64,000 nt of DNA, from the NCBI RefSeq assembly GCF_001644605.1, contig NZ_CP011388.1, forward strand, positions 326,440 through 390,439, in the 5' to 3' direction. Each line of letters begins with the position of its first letter. Position 1 is the first letter of the stretch. The translations under genes and the position numbers were made by a program. Positions 10,779-20,511 of the stretch are shown here, piece by piece. This DNA is from Paenibacillus swuensis. GTDB taxonomy: Bacteria; Bacillota; Bacilli; Paenibacillales; DY6. A model generated the notes under the pieces. It did no database searches. It saw only the letters and a program-made list of their open reading frames with translations, and was not told the DNA's origin.

Positions 10779-12385
10779 CCTTTACTGCTCCTCTTTTCTT
10801 CCAAGCTCCGTTTGTATTCTTGGGGAGTCATCCCCGTATAATCCTTGAATTTCAAGCAAAAGTGTGATTTATTGGTATACCCGCTCTCCTCCGCTACTCT
10901 GTAGATTTTACTGTCTGAAAAAGCCAGAAGCTCCTTCGCCTTTTCCATGCGCAGTTTCGTTAAGTATTCGAAGATGCTCTCACCAGAGGCTTTACGGAAC
11001 AGATTATTCGCATGGACCGAGCTGTAATTAATCGAGGCAGCTACATCGTTTACCGAGAGCTTTTCATGAAAATTTTCCTTCATTAGCGCTTTCATTTTAT
11101 CGGTAAGAATACCCGACACATCCTGATCTCCTCCGGTCAATCTCTCGGAACATCCATCCAAAAAAGTTTCCAGCAGCTCCAGCAGTTCTCCGGCATGGGA
11201 GACCGTTGCTATCCGATTCCTTACTTCCAAATCAGCAGCCTTCTGACTGGACGCAGAAGCAGGACCCACTTCCCCGGTTACCCATTCCGCAATGGAAATT
11301 AACGTAGACGCGAAATGTCTGACCGCCTGCTCATCCCCTCTATGCCCCATGGCATGAATATGACGGTTCAGAAACTCCCTTCTTTCCTGTGCCGACCCGT
11401 AAAGCAGCAGTTGCTTCGTATCCCGGTACAGGCGCTGTAAATCCCCTGTTTGGTCATCGGTACTGCCCTCTTCCCCAAGCTCTTCATAGAGTACAAATGT
11501 TTGTTTCTTGTTAAAAAAAGTCGTATTCATCGCCGTAATGCTCTGTAAATACAGCCTGGACAGTTGTTCCAGGGAGTCGCCTGGTCCGCTGACCCCGAAA
11601 GCCGCCGGCAATCCTAAATTAGCGGAAACAGCCGAAGTAAAGTCAACAACCTTATCAATTACATCCCCTTCCTCCGATGCATACACGGCTGAAAACATAT
11701 GTTTCCCCTGCTGCACCAGCTCCAATGGGCGGATGCTTTCAGGAAGCGTGCGGATTAAATTTCGGATAGAAATAGCCCCCAACATCTGTTCCTCCAGCGT
11801 CCGGTCTCGGTCGGAATCATCTACACGCAGCGTAACAACGCGAATGCAGCCTTGTTCCGGAACTGTAATTCCGAGGAGATCGATATACTGCCTCAGGTCC
11901 TCCCCATCTTGGTAACTGCCAAAGAGCAGCTCCCTAAACAACTGTTCCCGATAGGAAGGAAGCGCTTTGTCCAGCTGTTCCCGCAGTTGATGTTGTTTAC
12001 TCCGCTCTTCCTTCTCCTTATCCAAGATCCCGGCTACCCGCTCCAACGCCTTGACCAGTTCGTCTTTGACGATCGGTTTCAATATGTAATCATGCGCATG
12101 AACTTCAAGAGCCGACTTGGCGAAGTCAAATTCGTGATACGCGCTGGCAAATAGGACTTTAATGTGTGGAAAACGATTCGACACCGCTTCGGCCAGCTCA
12201 ATACCGTTCATCACAGGCATCATGACATCGGAAAGCAGTATATCGCACTCTTGATCTGGAAGCGCATTCAAACAAGCGGATCCGTTTGCGTATGAAGCTG
12301 TCACTTTAAATCCCGCATCTTTCACGATCAGTTCTATTCCCTTACGGTCTCTTGGATTGTCATCAACAAGGATCAGATTGTACAT
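10775..12385 (-). CDS. Response regulator with AraC-type HTH (YesN-like)
   Basis: MYNLILVDDNPRDRKG… receiver (DILLSDVMMP) with a C-terminal AraC HTH. RBS GGGGG upstream. Confidence 0.85.
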   Translation of the reverse strand: MYNLILVDDNPRDRKGIELIVKDAGFKVTASYANGSACLNALPDQECDILLSDVMMPVMNGIELAEAVSNRFPHIKVLFASAYHEFDFAKSALEVHAHDYILKPIVKDELVKALERVAGILDKEKEERSKQHQLREQLDKALPSYREQLFRELLFGSYQDGEDLRQYIDLLGITVPEQGCIRVVTLRVDDSDRDRTLEEQMLGAISIRNLIRTLPESIRPLELVQQGKHMFSAVYASEEGDVIDKVVDFTSAVSANLGLPAAFGVSGPGDSLEQLSRLYLQSITAMNTTFFNKKQTFVLYEELGEEGSTDDQTGDLQRLYRDTKQLLLYGSAQERREFLNRHIHAMGHRGDEQAVRHFASTLISIAEWVTGEVGPASASSQKAADLEVRNRIATVSHAGELLELLETFLDGCSERLTGGDQDVSGILTDKMKALMKENFHEKLSVNDVAASINYSSVHANNLFRKASGESIFEYLTKLRMEKAKELLAFSDSKIYRVAEESGYTNKSHFCLKFKDYTGMTPQEYKRSLEEKRSSKG

Positions 12386-12504
12386 AGTCGCCCCCTGGTC
12401 TCCGCTAAGTTCTTAAGTCCATTATAACGCGCCATAATATTGGGATATATGGAAAAACTATGATTCTCATGTGAAAATCAACACATTATCATAGAGCCTC
12501 TTTA

Positions 12505-12542
12505 ATGAAAGGAGAGGGCTTGCCTTAGGCAGCCCCCTCCCC
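12505..12542 (-). terminator. Rho-independent terminator downstream of the 2272-aa gene
   Basis: Minus-strand reading GGGGAGGGGGCTGCC-TAAG-GCAAGCCCTCTCC followed by TTTCATT, directly after the TAA stop at 12545-12547. Confidence 0.45.
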
Positions 12543-12544
12543 TT

Positions 12545-15500
12545 TTACAGCCCGTTACCTTCTGTTCTCTCACCCTTACCGTTATCATGTTTCGTTCGTA
12601 CTTGAAGGGCGGGGCTTAGCGGAGATCGATGTCCGTACTCGTTTATAGCCTGAATAGAGAATGTATACTGCGTATCCTTGTTTAGATTCTGAATTACGGC
12701 CGTTAGCACGGAAGCCGTTGTCACTTTCGTTACTTTGCCATTCATATAAAGTATGAATGAGACGACAGGCTCATCTACTTTGCCTGGTGTCCAGCTGAGA
12801 CTCACGGAGCGTTTATCATAACCTGTTACCTTTAATAAAGGCTCGGTTACGATTACCTTCTTGAGAAACAGGGAGACTGCCGCCTTCAGCTGATCCGCAG
12901 CGGCATCTATATCCGCTTGCGGCAGACCGGCGGCTCCTTGAACAACGGCTTTGGCATCATTCACTTGTCGTGCAAGCTCCGAATATTCCCCGCTGCTCGA
13001 TTGCCCAGGATTGCTTCCTGCGTGATGGTTAGTTAATGCCTCCTCGGCTTCGGTTATTTGCTTTTCCAGCAGATCTGTGTCGTGCTCCTTATAGACGGTT
13101 ACCGGCAAGGTTACCGATGTGCCTTGATAGGAAGCTGTTATCACAACGTTACCTTTGCTTAGAGCTTTAGCTGTTCCATCGCTTTGCACGGAAAGAATAC
13201 TAGAGTCGGAAGACTTCCAATCTACATTGTCTTTCGTAATATCCTCACCCAGAACTCTTGCCGCGAGATGGAGCGTCTTTCCTGTCTCCCATCTGGAGGA
13301 GGTTTGATGCACCAGCACACGCAGTTCTGCCAGACCAATCCCGCTGCCGTCCGTCTTTTTCATCCTGATATAACGATATAAAGAAGGATCCGCAACAACT
13401 GCAGTCCATATTTCCCCTTCTGGGAAGGCGTCTCCGCCAGCAAGGCCAAGGGTTTTAGCGCTGCTAAAATCGGGTTCATTGGAACCAAGCACAGCGAATC
13501 CTTTACGCTCCCATTCGATATTTCCCGCCCTAGGGACGACCTGAATCTTATCGATCGCATAGCCGTCTCCCAAATCAACCTGTACATATTCGTCATTGCT
13601 CCAGTTCTTTACAACATAAGCGGAATTGAAATTTCCGTCGTTGATGTGGGCCGCTTTGTACTGATCCGAATATTCACTCGTTGCTATCGCGGGCTTACCT
13701 TGAGCGACATTAGCATAAATGGCGTTATCCGGCTGAGGAATAACACCGTACACTTCAACTTCCGACGCTGACAGCTTTACCGCCGAAGCCGATGTAGTCT
13801 CCAAAAGAACATATCTGTAAATAGGCTTCCCGCTGAGCTTTACCTTTACTGTACCGCCGTCCGTTTTGATGTATGTTTCCAGTTTTACTTTGTCGCTGTA
13901 ATCTTCACTATTCGCACCGTACACCGTTATTCCGTTCCATGCGGCCGATTCTGTTTCAGCTCCTGCAGATATAACAATACTGTTTAGACGATAGGCTGCG
14001 AGCAAATCCAGTCTGATGAAATGCTCCGATTCATAAGATGAGGTCCATACTGTGCTGTTATCCTTATTGCCATCCACAAGACGAGCTGCCGAATCCTGAC
14101 CCGAAGAAGCCTCCACCGGTCTCTCTAACGCGACATTCACCAGCACCGGTTTGGAAGGAACGACTTTGACCTCCGCAAGCGCAAGAGGCTCGCCTGAAAC
14201 TGTTTTTTGGATACGCACATAACGGTAGCCGTTGTTCTCCTCCACAAGGAAGGAAGCTATGCCTCCCGGCGGAACCGCCTCCTCTCCCTGTTCGCCCAGC
14301 TTGACCGGATGGGTAAACGCAGCATCATTAGCGCCCAGAACCTCGAACTGCCTTCTCTCTTCCGCTGTAGACTCTTCCGGGAAACGAATGTCTAACTTAT
14401 GAATTGGCGTTGATTCCAGCAGATCAGCCTGCCACCATACAGACGAGTCCGCGCTGCCCGATCTCCAGCTGGTAATACTTAAACCGTCCAAGGCCTGTTC
14501 CGGAGCATGGCCTGGGGACGAAGAAGAAGCTGATGCCGGCCTATTCATGGCGATGTTGGTTCCCGTCTCCTTGGAAAACGCGGGATAGGCCGGCGGTGCC
14601 GGAATGAATATAGACGGCTTTCCAGCCTTGGGACTGGTCGGCGGACCCGGCAGAACGCTGTTCTCATAGACCTCGGCTGTAGCGGCCTTAGTCAACACCA
14701 CCCGCTCGATGGCATTCTTTGTATTGGTATTCCAAATATGAAGTTTATGAATCCCCGCCTGCTCCACGCGGACTTTCAATCCGCCATTCTTCCAAGCGAA
14801 CGTATCCGGGAAAGCGATCGTCCCCATCTCTTGCTGATTGAAACCGACTTTAACTGTACCCTCTTTGGCTAAGACAAATACAAGATAGTCTCCGGGAGTC
14901 TGGAACTGGATGTCATACGTAAGCTCCGGTAATTCAGGAGCGGCGAGAACCGGTCTTGTCATCTGTTTCGGATGCGTAATCATTCCGTATTTGGCGCTTC
15001 CGGTTCTAGGCGCGTTAATCCAACCCAGATAACTGTAATCGGCCGCTTCCGTTCCCTTGTAGCCGGTGAACTCCGTCGCATCAAATACGGCAAGACCGTT
15101 CTTCTCCTCAAAAGGAGCCTTGGCCAAGTCCCGGTCGATGCTCGAAGAGTAAGGGTGAAACAAATACGTATCCTCGACAAAGACACCGGAGCTGCGAATG
15201 AATGGAATGTCCTTACGTTCCAGCAGCACCTTCACCTGCTCAAGCAGATCTTTGTACTCCTGCTGAAGACCGGCCCCTGCTATAATCGCTTGAGCGGCCG
15301 CAGGCCAATTCCCATCCGGGTGAATGTGAACGTTCTCAATACGGACATTGGGACCAGGGCTATAGTTAACGATATTACCTGTGGTTGTATATAAATCAGT
15401 TATGGTTATGTTCGATACACCATTCAGATTATATGAGGTATAGTCCCCGCGTTCCGCGTCCACAACGTTATCCTCATTCACAAATCCGCTGCTGCTTTGA

Positions 15501-18500
15501 TCGTGATAAAGCGCCGCCGTGTTGAACGCGCCTCCGACATTCATCACATAATTCCCTTTTAAGCCTGCATTCACATGGGAACTCATCGAATAGACCGCCC
15601 CGCCGTCCACCGTTTTGCGATTAACATTAAACAGCTTATTATAATTGACCTTGAGATTGCGCAGCGAATCCACGCTGCCTGACCAGCCCCAGCCTACGGA
15701 AATTGCCGAGTAATTCGCCCCGTCCACATCGTTATACTCGATAGCCAGGGTGTCATAGTAGAATGCGGTAATGGCCGCCGATCCCCAGAATTGCGAACCG
15801 ATGTCACGCAGTACATTATTGCTCACGGTGATTCGCTTCGGCAAGCTTGCACCCGCCTGGGTAAGCGTTCCGTGCGACGTGCTTCCGATATTCACCGCTC
15901 CGCCCGCGATGTCATTAAATATATTTCCGGTGACGGCAAGATCCGATATTCCTTGCTCCGCATTAATGGCGCTTTTTCCGATCCGTTCGAAGGTGTTGCG
16001 GGAAATCGTGACTTTGTCGGCGTAGTTTACGTTAAATACAGCAGGAATGATATCTTCCATCGCGCCTTTTTCATTTACGATCGTTGTGGATTGTACGGAA
16101 GCAAACCCTCTGCTGTTCACAACTTCCCAAGTCGCATTGGAGAAAGTAATCCCCTGAAAGGCAAGATTACGCACCCTTTTGGTATTCGATAATCCAGTAA
16201 TATTAATAAACGCTTCCGCCTGCGGAATCTCAATTACGGCTGCATTCAGGTCCACTCCGGGCTGAGGCTTGTAATAAAGGACAAGCGCCCGTTTATCGAA
16301 ATACCATTCTCCTTCTTCATCCAGTAACTCCAGCGCATTTTCAACTATAAAATACTTGTTGTAATAGGAATCGAAATTATGATTTTGGATATAGGTATTC
16401 ATGATTTCACTGGTAAAGTTGACTTTAGTATAGGTATCTCCGCGAGTCATTCCGCTTACAGGCAGAATATAGTGACGCCATTGCGCCAGCATGCTGAAGG
16501 ATAAGTCCTGAGGGAACGCAAAGCCGCCTGCAGGAAGCAAGTCGTTGGCGACCATCAGACTGGTTCTTTCTCCTTCGATGCCCGCTGTTTTCACAGGTGC
16601 CGATTTCGCGCGTTGCTGACGCTTTCCGTCCACGACGAGTTCTCGCATATCCAGCACGGACGAATCCGCCTGAATACGATAAATGCCGTCGGTATAAGGT
16701 TCCCATGTTCCTGATACCCCTTTGCCGCCTTCAATCACAGGCGTTTCACCGGGAAAAGCTTGATAGCGAACTTGAAAACCGTTCTGGCCGGAATCAAGAG
16801 GGCCAAAGTCCACGGGACCGTCCACCCGATAAACTCCACCGCGCAGATTAACGGTAATATCACCCTTCATAGTTCGGGTCTGCAGGCGCACCGCATTTCT
16901 GGCAGCCTCCAGTGTGCGGAGAGGCGACTCCTGTGTGCCTTCATTGGAGTCGTCGCCTTCAGGAGACACGTAGAAAGTATCTCTCTGTACTACAGGAGGC
17001 TGCTCCGCAAGGGAATCCGCGCTATATATGACCGAGCTAGCGGAAACACCGCGGCTGTCCGATGCGAATACATACCAATCGGCTTCTTCGGCTGCCGCTT
17101 CGGCGGGAAGGACGGCTCCATAACTTCCGTCAGCATTCGCTGCGGCCTGCACCTCCGTCCAACTGCGCGTTGTCCAGGAAGCGTCAGGCGAGCTGTAATA
17201 TAATTTGAAGTTTGTCACTTCTGTTCCGCCGGATACGCTAAAGCGTATTTGGATGCTGCCGTTCGCCAATGGTTTAGAGCCTTCCACCTGTACTTTTGGC
17301 GGTACTGCCCCTTCCCCTTTGAGATGATAATCGAAATACAGCTGTTCCTGAGCGGATTCATCCGCCAAATGCGCAAGCGTGTGGTCATCGTTAGGAGAGA
17401 ACACCTGATTGACCGGTCCGCTGATTCGATCCAGCGTATCCATGACCGCAGTCGGCCAGAAGTACGAATCGTTGGTGGCTGCCGCGACAAAATAGTTGGC
17501 CGTAAGCTGTTGGGCTCTGCGTCCCGCATCCAGATCCTTCAGCCATTTCATTTTCTCCAGCCGGTTCCAGCCGTCCAACAGTCCTTTAAAATAGGAGCCA
17601 TGGTCGTAGAAACCGCTGCCGTAAATGGAATACGCCGCTTTTACATCGTCCCCGAGCAAAGAACTGACCATGGTCGTTGTATAACCGCCCCAAGAAATCC
17701 CTTTCATCCCCACATTACCAGGCTGAATCTCAGGCTGTGCCTTCAGAAGATAGAACGATTGCAGCGCTGCAACCTCCGCCTCAAATATAGAGCTCGCGGA
17801 AGCATCCGGCAAAGCTCGCAGCTGCCGTAACCCGTAAGGCTCGCTCTTCCAAACCCCTGTAGAATCCGGAGAAGCCCATTGGCTGTTCGGATCCGCTATG
17901 CCCGGAAGTTCCGGTGCAATCGCTATATAGCCCCGCTTGGCATATTCCTTGGCTCCCCCTTCATCAGCTGTTCCCGCTCCGCCATGCAACACAAGTAGTC
18001 CCGGGTAACTTCCGGATGCCGTTGGCCTGGCAATCAGTGCGTAGATTTGATTCTGCCGGCCTTCCTCAAGGTCGGATTGAAATAACACCCTCTTGATACT
18101 GATGGTACCTTCCGTGCTCTCGCTGATCACCTTCGTCACAACTGGCGCCTGGCCGGTAAGGAAAGACGCGAAGAGATCCGGTGAAGTGGGCGCTTCCGCT
18201 TCAGGCGCCGGTTTTACGGTTAGCGGTAAGGAGAGCGTCTTGCCTTGATAAGCCGCTGTAATCGTTGTAGTTCCCTTGCTATAAGCGCTAATTTTACCGC
18301 TGCTGTCCACAGAGGCAACCCCTTGGTTCGAGGAGGTCCATACCGCCTCGTTTAATCCGATGTCCGTTCCGCTGAACCGCGGCACAACCTGCAATAGATC
18401 CGAAACGGCCATCTCGTAAGCGGTTGACTGAACAAGCACCCGAAAATCGGTTAAACCCACCGATTTGGTATCCGTTGTTTTCACCCGTACATACCGGTAT

Positions 18501-19363
18501 GGAGCGGGATCCGTAACAACGGCGTTCCACAAGTTGTCGAACCCCTCGCTTCCGATAGTCCCGATGACGGCACTCTCTTGGAACGAAGCATCGTTCGACG
18601 CCAGAATGCTATAATTTCTGCGTTCCCAATCAATCCCGTCCCTCGGTACCAACTGGAGTTTGGCAATCGAGTATTCCCGGCCAAGATCGACTTGCCAATA
18701 AGCGTTGCCATCCCAGTTCGTGACCATAGGAGAGGAATTGCCGTCATTGCCGTTCTCCGCGGCATAAGCCCCCTCCAATACACCCGAAGCCGTCACGGGT
18801 TTCCCGAGCGCGACATTCGTATAAAGGGCATCTTCAGGCTGCGTAATCGAGCCCATTACATTCACCTCGCTGAAACCCAATGAATCCGGAATGGTTTTTT
18901 CCAACATGATATAGCGGTATGGAGTTGTGTCCGAAACCGGCAATGTCATACTGTACGCAATTCCGCTCTCCGGAACCTGGGCAATGGCCACCCGGTCACT
19001 ATAATCCGCCTGATTGGCCCCATATACCGAGACTCCTACTGTTTCCCAGAGTGTCGATTCGTATCTTGCATTCAGCTGAATTTCATGTAGTTGAAAGGAT
19101 TGGCCCAGATCTATTTTCATCCATGCCGAAGACTGTCCCCATTCGCTGTACCAATGCGTATCAGCATTTCCGTCCACCAGATTTCCCGCTTCTTCGGCCC
19201 TGGATGAAACCGTTACCGGTTTATTCGAAGACACATTCTGAACCGTCTCTGCCGCGGCCGCCGCCGGAATAGCGGGTTGGAGAATCATAAGCAGCGTTTG
19301 AAATAACATAGCCAACACTGTAAACGTAGATACCATGCGCATGCCGGTTCTCTTGATCAACAT
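12545..19363 (-). CDS. Giant secreted multidomain carbohydrate-active protein (2272 aa): several F5/8-type-C (discoidin) modules, Big_2 domains, alpha/beta-hydrolase (esterase) module, right-handed parallel beta-helix module, C-terminal FN3
   Basis: RBS AAGGGAG then ATG 19363. Signal peptide (MLIKRTGMRMVSTFTVLAMLFQTLLMILQPAIPAAAA). Esterase-like 'LVLHGGAGTADEGGAKEYAKRGYIAIAPE'. Beta-helix repeats '…VTGNIFNDIAGGAVNIGS…NNVLRDIGSQFWGSAAI…'. Big_2 '…ITAAYQGKTLSLPLTV'. FN3 at the C-terminus (…SLSWTPG…YTFSIQAINEYG…). Confidence 0.8.
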   Translation of the reverse strand: MLIKRTGMRMVSTFTVLAMLFQTLLMILQPAIPAAAAAETVQNVSSNKPVTVSSRAEEAGNLVDGNADTHWYSEWGQSSAWMKIDLGQSFQLHEIQLNARYESTLWETVGVSVYGANQADYSDRVAIAQVPESGIAYSMTLPVSDTTPYRYIMLEKTIPDSLGFSEVNVMGSITQPEDALYTNVALGKPVTASGVLEGAYAAENGNDGNSSPMVTNWDGNAYWQVDLGREYSIAKLQLVPRDGIDWERRNYSILASNDASFQESAVIGTIGSEGFDNLWNAVVTDPAPYRYVRVKTTDTKSVGLTDFRVLVQSTAYEMAVSDLLQVVPRFSGTDIGLNEAVWTSSNQGVASVDSSGKISAYSKGTTTITAAYQGKTLSLPLTVKPAPEAEAPTSPDLFASFLTGQAPVVTKVISESTEGTISIKRVLFQSDLEEGRQNQIYALIARPTASGSYPGLLVLHGGAGTADEGGAKEYAKRGYIAIAPELPGIADPNSQWASPDSTGVWKSEPYGLRQLRALPDASASSIFEAEVAALQSFYLLKAQPEIQPGNVGMKGISWGGYTTTMVSSLLGDDVKAAYSIYGSGFYDHGSYFKGLLDGWNRLEKMKWLKDLDAGRRAQQLTANYFVAAATNDSYFWPTAVMDTLDRISGPVNQVFSPNDDHTLAHLADESAQEQLYFDYHLKGEGAVPPKVQVEGSKPLANGSIQIRFSVSGGTEVTNFKLYYSSPDASWTTRSWTEVQAAANADGSYGAVLPAEAAAEEADWYVFASDSRGVSASSVIYSADSLAEQPPVVQRDTFYVSPEGDDSNEGTQESPLRTLEAARNAVRLQTRTMKGDITVNLRGGVYRVDGPVDFGPLDSGQNGFQVRYQAFPGETPVIEGGKGVSGTWEPYTDGIYRIQADSSVLDMRELVVDGKRQQRAKSAPVKTAGIEGERTSLMVANDLLPAGGFAFPQDLSFSMLAQWRHYILPVSGMTRGDTYTKVNFTSEIMNTYIQNHNFDSYYNKYFIVENALELLDEEGEWYFDKRALVLYYKPQPGVDLNAAVIEIPQAEAFINITGLSNTKRVRNLAFQGITFSNATWEVVNSRGFASVQSTTIVNEKGAMEDIIPAVFNVNYADKVTISRNTFERIGKSAINAEQGISDLAVTGNIFNDIAGGAVNIGSTSHGTLTQAGASLPKRITVSNNVLRDIGSQFWGSAAITAFYYDTLAIEYNDVDGANYSAISVGWGWSGSVDSLRNLKVNYNKLFNVNRKTVDGGAVYSMSSHVNAGLKGNYVMNVGGAFNTAALYHDQSSSGFVNEDNVVDAERGDYTSYNLNGVSNITITDLYTTTGNIVNYSPGPNVRIENVHIHPDGNWPAAAQAIIAGAGLQQEYKDLLEQVKVLLERKDIPFIRSSGVFVEDTYLFHPYSSSIDRDLAKAPFEEKNGLAVFDATEFTGYKGTEAADYSYLGWINAPRTGSAKYGMITHPKQMTRPVLAAPELPELTYDIQFQTPGDYLVFVLAKEGTVKVGFNQQEMGTIAFPDTFAWKNGGLKVRVEQAGIHKLHIWNTNTKNAIERVVLTKAATAEVYENSVLPGPPTSPKAGKPSIFIPAPPAYPAFSKETGTNIAMNRPASASSSSPGHAPEQALDGLSITSWRSGSADSSVWWQADLLESTPIHKLDIRFPEESTAEERRQFEVLGANDAAFTHPVKLGEQGEEAVPPGGIASFLVEENNGYRYVRIQKTVSGEPLALAEVKVVPSKPVLVNVALERPVEASSGQDSAARLVDGNKDNSTVWTSSYESEHFIRLDLLAAYRLNSIVISAGAETESAAWNGITVYGANSEDYSDKVKLETYIKTDGGTVKVKLSGKPIYRYVLLETTSASAVKLSASEVEVYGVIPQPDNAIYANVAQGKPAIATSEYSDQYKAAHINDGNFNSAYVVKNWSNDEYVQVDLGDGYAIDKIQVVPRAGNIEWERKGFAVLGSNEPDFSSAKTLGLAGGDAFPEGEIWTAVVADPSLYRYIRMKKTDGSGIGLAELRVLVHQTSSRWETGKTLHLAARVLGEDITKDNVDWKSSDSSILSVQSDGTAKALSKGNVVITASYQGTSVTLPVTVYKEHDTDLLEKQITEAEEALTNHHAGSNPGQSSSGEYSELARQVNDAKAVVQGAAGLPQADIDAAADQLKAAVSLFLKKVIVTEPLLKVTGYDKRSVSLSWTPGKVDEPVVSFILYMNGKVTKVTTASVLTAVIQNLNKDTQYTFSIQAINEYGHRSPLSPALQVRTKHDNGKGERTEGNGL

Positions 19364-19450
19364 TCAGCATTCACTCCCTTTAGTTTAGAAAATGTTTAAG
19401 AAACAAATAATAGCTGTCCAGTACAGATCGCTGCTCGCCTCCTCCTCCAA

Positions 19451-19465
19451 TGTGAAGCGCTTACA
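19451..19465. promoter_or_regulatory. cre-like (CcpA-type) palindrome TGTGAAGCGCTTACA in the divergent promoter region
   Basis: Near-palindrome centred on GCGC, resembling the Bacillus cre consensus TGWAANCGNTNWCA. Lies ~90 nt upstream of the giant gene start. A second weaker match, TGTAAACGCTACTA, is at 19642-19655 upstream of the 19688 gene. Confidence 0.3.
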
Positions 19466-19687
19466 TTCGTGACTCTCATTTATTGTAATTCTCTCCTTTT
19501 GCCAGGAACAGACACGATAACGGAAATGTTATAACGGTTTTTTTGAACAATAGCTCGGCTTTATCATTTTCCGTTAGTCGATTTGCGTTTTCGTCCCTTT
19601 ACTTCCGTCTGGAACCCACGCACACTGAGGATGTAGCAAAATGTAAACGCTACTAAACACAAATCCAAGGATGAAGGGAATGAATTT

Positions 19688-20443
19688 ATGTACAGGTTAA
19701 AAAAGAAAGTCGGCCTTATTTTTCAACTCTTGTTAGCGGTGTCACTGATTTGCTTTGCGTTACCCGCTTCGGCGGCTTGGCAATGGACGAATGATTACAA
19801 ATATTACATTTTTGATAACAACTATGCGGCGCCTCCCGGTACGGTAATGAGCAGTTGGATTTCTTCTGAAACTTCCTGGGGAGGCAGCTATGACTTTAAT
19901 GGCGGTTCCGGGGGCATTGGCGCAGGGCAGTTGAACCGGGGATTATGGCCATGGACAACGGTGAGCACACAGAATTCACAGCTTCCCTTCCGAATCGATG
20001 ATCCTGATCGAAGCGCCTATTCGTTCTGGCAGTTCGGCCTCACGCCCGTTAACAGTCCGGGGTGGAACATGTATTGGGAAATATTTGCCCACAGCAGCAG
20101 TACCATCAACCCGGAGACAATCTCATTGGATCTGATGATTCATCCGACGTATGACAATACCGATGACTTTGGAGATTATTACGGTGATTTTTATGATGTT
20201 TACGGTCAACAATGGTATGTCTATATGTCTCCCTTCGGAGGAACGGACATTCCCCTTGTACATTTCGCCAAAGCGGAGAAATCAACGGAGTTAACCGTAT
20301 ACTTTGACGGGTTTTGGGACTATTGCGTAACTCAGGGCTGGGGACAGTCCTCAGACTATATTGGAAGTTTTGGCACAGGAATGGAGGCAAGGTCGGGATC
20401 GGGAAGCTTTGAAACAACCTATTATATTCACAATATCTATTAA
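19688..20443 (+). CDS. Secreted Trp/Tyr/Gly-rich protein, possibly a GH12/GH11-like beta-jelly-roll glycoside hydrolase
   Basis: Signal peptide (…LLAVSLICFALPASA). 'NMYWEIFAH' resembles the GH12 nucleophile motif (YE[IL]MIW) and 'FGTGMEARSG' a second Glu motif. Family assignment is tentative. Confidence 0.45.
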   Translation: MYRLKKKVGLIFQLLLAVSLICFALPASAAWQWTNDYKYYIFDNNYAAPPGTVMSSWISSETSWGGSYDFNGGSGGIGAGQLNRGLWPWTTVSTQNSQLPFRIDDPDRSAYSFWQFGLTPVNSPGWNMYWEIFAHSSSTINPETISLDLMIHPTYDNTDDFGDYYGDFYDVYGQQWYVYMSPFGGTDIPLVHFAKAEKSTELTVYFDGFWDYCVTQGWGQSSDYIGSFGTGMEARSGSGSFETTYYIHNIY

Positions 20444-20511
20444 TTCCGCATTTAAAATAAAACAAACCTATCAGCCCGACGGGCTAATAGGATTGTTCTT
20501 GCTAACTATTC

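Noticed and set aside
12545-19363. Numerous 60-190-aa ORFs on both strands inside the 2272-aa gene (e.g. 14972-15394, 15791-16192, 17249-17830)
   Set aside because: These are overlapping or antisense open frames inside a long GC-rich coding region. They lack RBSs and have skewed composition. The same holds for ORFs inside the GH38, GH125, WYL and helicase genes.
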